A stretch of DNA of 21,671 nucleotides from contig JAOZFG010000027.1 of assembly GCA_027491435.1 (NCBI GenBank), positions 1-21,671 of the forward strand, in the 5' to 3' direction. The notes under the pieces are model-generated. The model saw nothing but the letters and a program-made list of their open reading frames with translations. It did not search any database and was not told the DNA's origin. The translations under genes were made by a program, and so were the position numbers. Shown one piece after another: positions 17,027-21,671 of this stretch. The stretch is from Thermoproteota archaeon (GTDB lineage Archaea > Korarchaeota > Korarchaeia > Korarchaeales > Korarchaeaceae). Position 1 is the first letter of the stretch. Every line of letters starts with the position of its first letter.

Positions 17027-17821
17027 TCATTTGACATTAAAACTTAAAACTTTAAAATCCAAGCGGACCTTCCAGACCCTCGGGGCGTAGCTGCTGACCT
17101 TCCTGCCCCCCAGGTAAATGGCTTGCAGCCCCAGGGTGAGAGCCTCCCTGGAGACCAGCTCCCTTCCGCGTTGGAAGACGTCGTCGCCTCCCCAATAGTA
17201 GAAGTGCAGGTATCCTCCCTCAGGTCTGATGGACTTTAGGGCGTGCCTCAGGAACAGGTAAGCTCCCTTGGGAAGGGGCATGACGACCCTGTCGAACTTC
17301 CCGTAAAGGGCCGGGCTGACGTATGAGACGTCCCCCTCTATGGGGTAAACCCTGGAGCCTAACCTGTTCAACCTCACGTTTTCCCCGAAGTACCTGGCGG
17401 CGTGAGGGTTGAGCTCAACCCCTATGACGAGGGCCCTCCTCATGGAGGCTATTACCAGGGCATAAGGGCCGACCCCAGCGAACATGACGTAGACGAGTTC
17501 ACCGTCCTGGACTTGAGAGGCGACCCTCCTCCTTTCCTCAGCCTCCCTCGGTGAGAAGTACACCAGCCTGGGGTCAAGCTTGAACCTCAACCCGTACTCC
17601 TTGTGTACGACCTCGGTGTCCTCAGATCCAGCCACCAGCCTTAAAGGCCTTACCCTGAACTCCCCCTCCCTCTCACCAGCCTTTAGCAGGACTGATTTAA
17701 CGTGGGGGTGCCTCCTCAATATCTCATCAGCTAATTTCTCGGGGCTCACACCTTCGACTGGCTCAACTATGGCCACGGCCCCCGTCTCCCTAGACCCTAT
17801 TAGGTCGTAAGCTATCCTCAT
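17027..17821 (-). CDS. trm5: Trm5/Tyw2 (Met-10+) family tRNA-37 SAM-dependent transferase
   Basis: GEFRVR, HKEYGLRFKLD..VYFSPR..ERRR, MFAGVGPY, ELNP and DRVVMPLP motifs. It appears to lack the N-terminal D1 domain. Confidence 0.85.
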   Translation of the reverse strand: MRIAYDLIGSRETGAVAIVEPVEGVSPEKLADEILRRHPHVKSVLLKAGEREGEFRVRPLRLVAGSEDTEVVHKEYGLRFKLDPRLVYFSPREAEERRRVASQVQDGELVYVMFAGVGPYALVIASMRRALVIGVELNPHAARYFGENVRLNRLGSRVYPIEGDVSYVSPALYGKFDRVVMPLPKGAYLFLRHALKSIRPEGGYLHFYYWGGDDVFQRGRELVSREALTLGLQAIYLGGRKVSSYAPRVWKVRLDFKVLSFNVK

Positions 17822-18579
17822 CAGCTCCCCCGGAGCCTGTAAGCCGTTAGGGCATTTTCAGTGGTTATCTCAGCCAAATCCTCGGGATCAACGCCCTTAA
17901 GGTCAGCCAAGTACTTAACTGAGACGGTTATGTTTGAGGGCTCATTCCTCTCCATGGGGTTGGGGGCCAGCACGGGAGAGTCGGACTCCAGGACCATCCT
18001 CTCTAAGGGCGTCGCCCTGGCCACCTTCTGTACGTTGGAGGACCTGACCACGTTGGTTGGAACGCTGACGTACCACCCCCTCTCCACCGCAAACTCTACG
18101 TCAGCCGGCGTCCCTCCGAATGCGTGCAGTATCACGGTCTCAGCCCCCATCTCGTCCAGAACCCTTAGGACTGGTCTCTGAGCCCATCTGCTGTGTATCA
18201 CCAGCGGCTTATCCAGCTCCCTGGCCAGGGAGATGAACCTTCTGAACACTTCCTTTTGCTTCTCCTTGGGAGGGCCGTTCCTGGCGACCTTGTAGTCGAG
18301 GCCCACCTCTCCGATGGCCACTATCTCGTCCTGATGCTCCAGGATCAGCTCTATGGTCCTCCTGACCTCGTCCTCGTCCCCGTACTCCGCAACGTCCAGC
18401 CCTATGGAGACGTGTACCACATCACCTCTCAAGCTCAAGGCCTTGGGGACGTCCTCAGGGTATATTGGAGAGGTCACCAAGCCCACTATTCCCGACTGGA
18501 CGGCCCTCCTGATCACCTCCTCCCTATCCTCGTCGAACGCCTCCTCCTCCAGGTGGCAGTGGGAGTCGAACAGCCTCAA
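17821..18579 (-). CDS. tatD: TatD family hydrolase/DNase
   Basis: DSHCH, IGEVGLD, IHSR, LH and ESDSP motifs. TTG 18579 follows a GGTGA RBS and overlaps the upstream stop; the ORF-track start at 18648 is probably too long. Confidence 0.92.
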   Translation of the reverse strand: MRLFDSHCHLEEEAFDEDREEVIRRAVQSGIVGLVTSPIYPEDVPKALSLRGDVVHVSIGLDVAEYGDEDEVRRTIELILEHQDEIVAIGEVGLDYKVARNGPPKEKQKEVFRRFISLARELDKPLVIHSRWAQRPVLRVLDEMGAETVILHAFGGTPADVEFAVERGWYVSVPTNVVRSSNVQKVARATPLERMVLESDSPVLAPNPMERNEPSNITVSVKYLADLKGVDPEDLAEITTENALTAYRLRGS

Positions 18580-19460
18580 GTTATCACCCCAAGCTTCTCC
18601 CTCAACCTGCAAAAGGCGCATACCCTTCCCGAAGTAGGGTAGCCACACCTCTCACATAGATTAACCTTTCTCTCGGGAGGGGCCGCCCTCCTTGCCAGCT
18701 CCCTGACGCTGGTCACCAGGTTGACCAGGGAGCTGGGCCACCTCTCCCTAATCTGATTGAGTAAAGGCTTTATGAAGGCCTGCTTATCCCTTCCCTCGTG
18801 CGGACACTTCGTGTTACAGCTCCTGAGTCCCATCAGCCTGACGTAGTTAAGGGAGTCCATGTCGCTCACCCAGAAGAGGGGCTTCACCTTGCCTGCCATC
18901 CTGTACTCGGGCATCGGAGGGGTGACCGAGTCGAACTGGTGGTAAAGGTACTGGAGGGAGTGTGTGATCAGGTTGTTCAGGGCAAAGTAGGCCATGTCAT
19001 CCAGGTTGTGGCCTGTAGCCACGTAATCGTAGCCGTTCTCCACGGCGTACCTGTTTAGCAGGTACCTGGTAACGACCCCACAGACTACGCAAGCTAGATA
19101 GGGGTTCTCCCTGGGTATTCTGATCCCCCAATCCTCCACGTTTATCAGGATCCTCTCAACTCCTAGGTCCTGGGTTACCTGATCGAAAACCTCTCTACAC
19201 TCCTCTGACACGGGGGAGTATATCATGGCGGCCCCCACCTTCAGGTTGAACTCTTCGGCAAGCGTGTGAACTGAGTGGAGGGCCGCTATAGAGTCCTTCC
19301 CCCCGGAGACCCCTACCAGTATGGAGCTACCTCTTCTAACCCTCCTGAGAACCCTCCTCACCCTCTTGAGGAAGTACCTCTTGAAGTGCTCGTCACAGAC
19401 GTACCCCCCTAAATTTTGGACGAAAATAGTCCCTGGCCTTCGGCAGTAGATGCACCGCAT
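18576..19460 (-). CDS. ttuA: TtuA/Ncs6/TtcA-family tRNA 2-thiolation PP-loop ATPase
   Basis: N-terminal CxxC..CxxH, SGGKDS PP-loop, central CVVC, GHNLDD, CPH, and C-terminal CERC..CAFC zinc finger. Confidence 0.85.
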   Translation of the reverse strand: MRCIYCRRPGTIFVQNLGGYVCDEHFKRYFLKRVRRVLRRVRRGSSILVGVSGGKDSIAALHSVHTLAEEFNLKVGAAMIYSPVSEECREVFDQVTQDLGVERILINVEDWGIRIPRENPYLACVVCGVVTRYLLNRYAVENGYDYVATGHNLDDMAYFALNNLITHSLQYLYHQFDSVTPPMPEYRMAGKVKPLFWVSDMDSLNYVRLMGLRSCNTKCPHEGRDKQAFIKPLLNQIRERWPSSLVNLVTSVRELARRAAPPERKVNLCERCGYPTSGRVCAFCRLREKLGVIT

Positions 19461-19480
19461 ATGACAGGTTGGGGGTAATC

Positions 19481-19490
19481 ATTTATAATT
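19481..19490. promoter_or_regulatory. Near-palindromic TATA box, probably shared by the divergent ttuA operon and tRNA-Trp
   Basis: ATTTATAATT lies in a 57-bp intergenic gap, 21-30 bp upstream of the ttuA ATG (-) and about 28-37 bp upstream of the tRNA 5' end (+). Confidence 0.6.
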
Positions 19491-19517
19491 GAGTTGACCC
19501 CCTCCTTTAATGACAGT

Positions 19518-19653
19518 GGGGCCGTGGCCCAGCCAGGTGACCCCCCGATGATAGAGGGGTAAGCCCTGGAAAGGAAGGGCGGCGGGCTCCAGTCATTGGA
19601 GCACTGAGGGGGAAACCCGTAGGGCGTGGGTTCAAATCCCACCGGCCCCACCA
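19518..19653 (+). tRNA. trnW: tRNA-Trp(CCA) with two introns (19535-19571 at D-loop 17/17a; 19593-19614 at 37/38) and an encoded 3' CCA
   Basis: Acceptor GGGGCCG/CGGCCCC, D stem GCCC/GGGC, anticodon arm GCGGG-CTCCAG^A-CCCGT, T arm GTGGG-TTCAAAT-CCCAC. Removing 37 + 22 nt gives a canonical 77-nt cloverleaf, and both junctions fold into BHB-type motifs. Confidence 0.95.
19541..19612 (+). ncRNA. Putative box C/D guide for Cm34 of tRNA-Trp, split between the two introns
   Basis: Intron 1 carries CCCCCC + G + ATGATAG (box C-like, 19548-19554). Intron 2 carries TTGGAGCA + CTGA (box D, 19604-19607) + GGGGG. The D+5 rule points to C34. Confidence 0.72.
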
Positions 19654-19684
19654 CTTTTGTGGGGGATCCCAGACGAAGATAGCA

Positions 19685-21124
19685 GTGCTCCGATCCGAGT
19701 CCGATGCGGTCAGGGAGTCAGTAAGGTATGTCCTAGACTCCCTTGGCATCTTCTGGGAGGAGGTATCCGAGCCCGACCCGCTCAAGCACACCGTAGCCTT
19801 AATTCCTGAAGGCTCCCCCCTGGTGCCCATCCCAGTTCCAAGCGTCTTCATAGGCAGGGCCGCCTTAGCCTACTTTGGGGGGGAGAAGAAGACCAAGGTG
19901 GGGTCCCCTCCTGAGCCTTCCGGCTTCATAACCATATCTGGGGAGAGGGCCCCAGTTTACGGGCAGCTATACTCCTTCGAAGGCGACAGGATAGTGGGCT
20001 ACGCTCCCGTGTGGGTTAGGGATAGGCACGTCCTCATAGGCTATGACCTCTTCGAGACGGTCAGCTACTTCATTAGGGGGGCTGAGCAAAGCCTGGGGTT
20101 GAGGGACGTCATAGACAGGAGGGGCCGCTTCGACCCCAAAGCCCTGGAGGAGCTTAGAGGGGTTCCCCCGTCGGTGCCCCTGGTGAAGCTACACTCAGAC
20201 TTGGTATTGGCTTCCCTAGCTTTACTCCATAAGAGGGAGGGCCTTCCCTTTCTAACAAAGCTCTACGGGAGGACTCCAGCTAACCTAACGGTGTCCCTCC
20301 TAATCCCTGTGAGGTTCATAAGGAGAGAGGGAAAGTTCAAAAGGGTTGTGAGCAAGCTGCTGGGGAAGAACACGCCACCGTGGTACGAGAACCTAGCCTC
20401 TCTAAGCGACCCCCTGGCCTTTTACTTCGGGAGCTTCCTAGATTACGATCTTAACTCCATGGAGGGGGAGCTCAGGTCCATAGAGGAGAACGGGCATGAG
20501 GTGGGATTGCTAGCATCCATAAGATCCTCTGTCGACTTCTCCAAGATGAGGGACGAGTACACCCTCATATCGGAGATACTAAGGAGGGGCTCCCTTGGCA
20601 TCAGGTTTCCTGTGATAGCAACCTATCTCAAGGACGCGTGGCGCTCCGCCGCTTCAGTTAACGCCAGGTATTCGGTGGCTGGCGAGCTTTCAGGGGGGTT
20701 TGGCTATCCCCTGGGCCTGAATTACCCGAGCAGGCCCTACGGACTCGTTTGGAACCTGCCCCTAACTTCGAGGGTCAGGTCCCCTGAGGCGGCTAGGGGC
20801 GTAGTGAGGAAGCTCCTGAAGTACGGGGGCATGGTTGCGGTGGAGGCCTACACGGAGGATGCGGCAATAGCCTTCATTAGCGCGGCTAAAGACAGCATGG
20901 CGGAAGTAGACACGCCACTAGAGCTGCTCAAGAGGTGGGAGCGCATAAAGTGGGTCAAGGGAGACTTCGTGTACGACAGGAGGTTCCTCTACATGAAGTT
21001 CAGGGCCTCAGATGCCGTGGAAGACATGGGGGTAAGGGTAATCCACCCGTCGGGCAAGCACAAAATAGTTAGGATCTCCCTGTCCAAGGGGGAGGAGAGG
21101 GAACATGCTGTTGAGGTGGTCTGA
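19685..21124 (+). CDS. Hypothetical protein, degenerate polysaccharide deacetylase (NodB-like) fold
   Basis: YDLFETVSYF..DRRGRF N-terminal module, then LAFYF, NGHEVGLL, GIRF and GYPLGLNYPSRP, which resemble CE4-like proteins of glycosylation loci. Confidence 0.6.
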   Translation: MLRSESDAVRESVRYVLDSLGIFWEEVSEPDPLKHTVALIPEGSPLVPIPVPSVFIGRAALAYFGGEKKTKVGSPPEPSGFITISGERAPVYGQLYSFEGDRIVGYAPVWVRDRHVLIGYDLFETVSYFIRGAEQSLGLRDVIDRRGRFDPKALEELRGVPPSVPLVKLHSDLVLASLALLHKREGLPFLTKLYGRTPANLTVSLLIPVRFIRREGKFKRVVSKLLGKNTPPWYENLASLSDPLAFYFGSFLDYDLNSMEGELRSIEENGHEVGLLASIRSSVDFSKMRDEYTLISEILRRGSLGIRFPVIATYLKDAWRSAASVNARYSVAGELSGGFGYPLGLNYPSRPYGLVWNLPLTSRVRSPEAARGVVRKLLKYGGMVAVEAYTEDAAIAFISAAKDSMAEVDTPLELLKRWERIKWVKGDFVYDRRFLYMKFRASDAVEDMGVRVIHPSGKHKIVRISLSKGEEREHAVEVV

Positions 21125-21403
21125 GCTAAGATGGGTGCTCTTACTGCTTCAGGAATGTCTTCGCCAATTTATGTAGCTTTCAATGTTTATCAGGGCTTAA
21201 AGCCTTTCAAATTACTTTGGGAGTACGATGGAGTATTATAATCCAAGAAGTTCCTACTGCATGCTTCTTAGGTAAATGTAGGCCAACTGAGGACAGGGCT
21301 TATTCCGGTATTTGAGACAACCCAAAACTCTCAATAGTACAATGAAGATCAACCTTAAATTGAGCACTTTAACTATCAAGTGATCCCCTTTAAGGTGGTT
21401 TCC

Positions 21404-21671
21404 TTGAGGACCTTCGTGCTAGGGCTTGACGGCCTTGATTGGGATCTAGTAAAGGACTGGACCTCTAAGGGCCTACTCCCAAACATGAAGGAGCTCATGA
21501 GAAGGGGGGTTTCCGGGAGGCTGGAAAGCACAATTCCTTTTACCACCCCCCCAGGGTGGACCTCAATAACCACAGGAGTGAACCCCGGAAAACACGGGCT
21601 CTTTGACTTCTTCAGGGTGTCCTGGTCGGATTCGGGCTGGGTAGTTAAGCTGGTTAACTCAAGGGACAAGA
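21404..21671 (+). CDS. Alkaline phosphatase superfamily protein (type I phosphodiesterase/NPP-like), 3'-partial; absent from the ORF track
   Basis: Hand translation: (M)RTFVLGLDGLDWDLVKDWTSKGLLPNMKELMRRGVSGRLESTIPFTTPPGWTSITTGVNPGKHGLFDFF. RBS AAGGTGG precedes TTG 21404; GTG 21380 is an alternative start. Confidence 0.9.
   Translation, partial: MRTFVLGLDGLDWDLVKDWTSKGLLPNMKELMRRGVSGRLESTIPFTTPPGWTSITTGVNPGKHGLFDFFRVSWSDSGWVVKLVNSRDK

Noticed and set aside
32-19058. Numerous 60-155 aa opposite-strand or alternate-frame ORFs inside assigned genes
   Set aside because: They fully overlap well-supported CDSs, have Ser/Pro/Thr-rich shadow composition and show no motifs.
19555-19571. Possible D' box and second guide for position 39 in intron 1 (AGGGGT...CTGG)
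   Set aside because: Complementarity to ACCCGT is only partial, the D+5 spacing does not land on 39, no C' box is evident, and CTGG is explained by the BHB helix.
19626-19653. tRNA 3' end as an integration (att) site
   Set aside because: No duplicate of the tRNA end and no integrase are seen in the window, and the downstream gene has host-like composition.
19409-19851. Minus-strand ORFs 19409-19654 and 19507-19851
   Set aside because: They are antisense shadows of the tRNA-Trp gene and the adjacent CDS; VGPVGFEP is the typical reverse-tRNA translation.
21125-21379. AT-rich gap with a 36-aa ORF (21131-21241)
   Set aside because: No recognisable motif, repeat or RNA structure. It may be a decayed fragment, but no call can be supported.
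21376-21669. 97-aa minus-strand ORF
   Set aside because: It is the shadow of the plus-strand alkaline-phosphatase-family gene.

Overview
This window looks archaeal, probably a thermophilic TACK-type lineage (inferred from BHB tRNA introns, aIF1/SUI1, geranylgeranyl reductase, GGTG-type RBS and TATA boxes). Most genes are housekeeping: ETF beta/alpha, a tandem PhoU-TrkA_C protein, ManC, a Na+/solute symporter with a small partner, SUI1, a K+-independent membrane PPase, an OSBS/NSAR enolase, class II HMG-CoA reductase, an EamA transporter, a wHTH-Trx-GGR-rhomboid-HAD operon, a TtuA-TatD-Trm5 operon, a degenerate polysaccharide-deacetylase-like protein and a partial alkaline-phosphatase-superfamily gene. 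The main finding is tRNA-Trp(CCA) at 19518-19653, which has two BHB introns. Box C and one stem strand lie in the D-loop intron, while the Cm34 guide, box D and the other stem strand lie in the anticodon intron. This suggests a box C/D guide split across two introns, whose fold competes with the splice fold. The second notable region is an AT-richer island (5896-7811) in which two decayed IS6-type elements in direct orientation, plus an outer pair of terminal inverted repeats, enclose an intact TumA/TumE-like toxin-antitoxin pair. All family calls come from motif recognition by eye, not from database searches.
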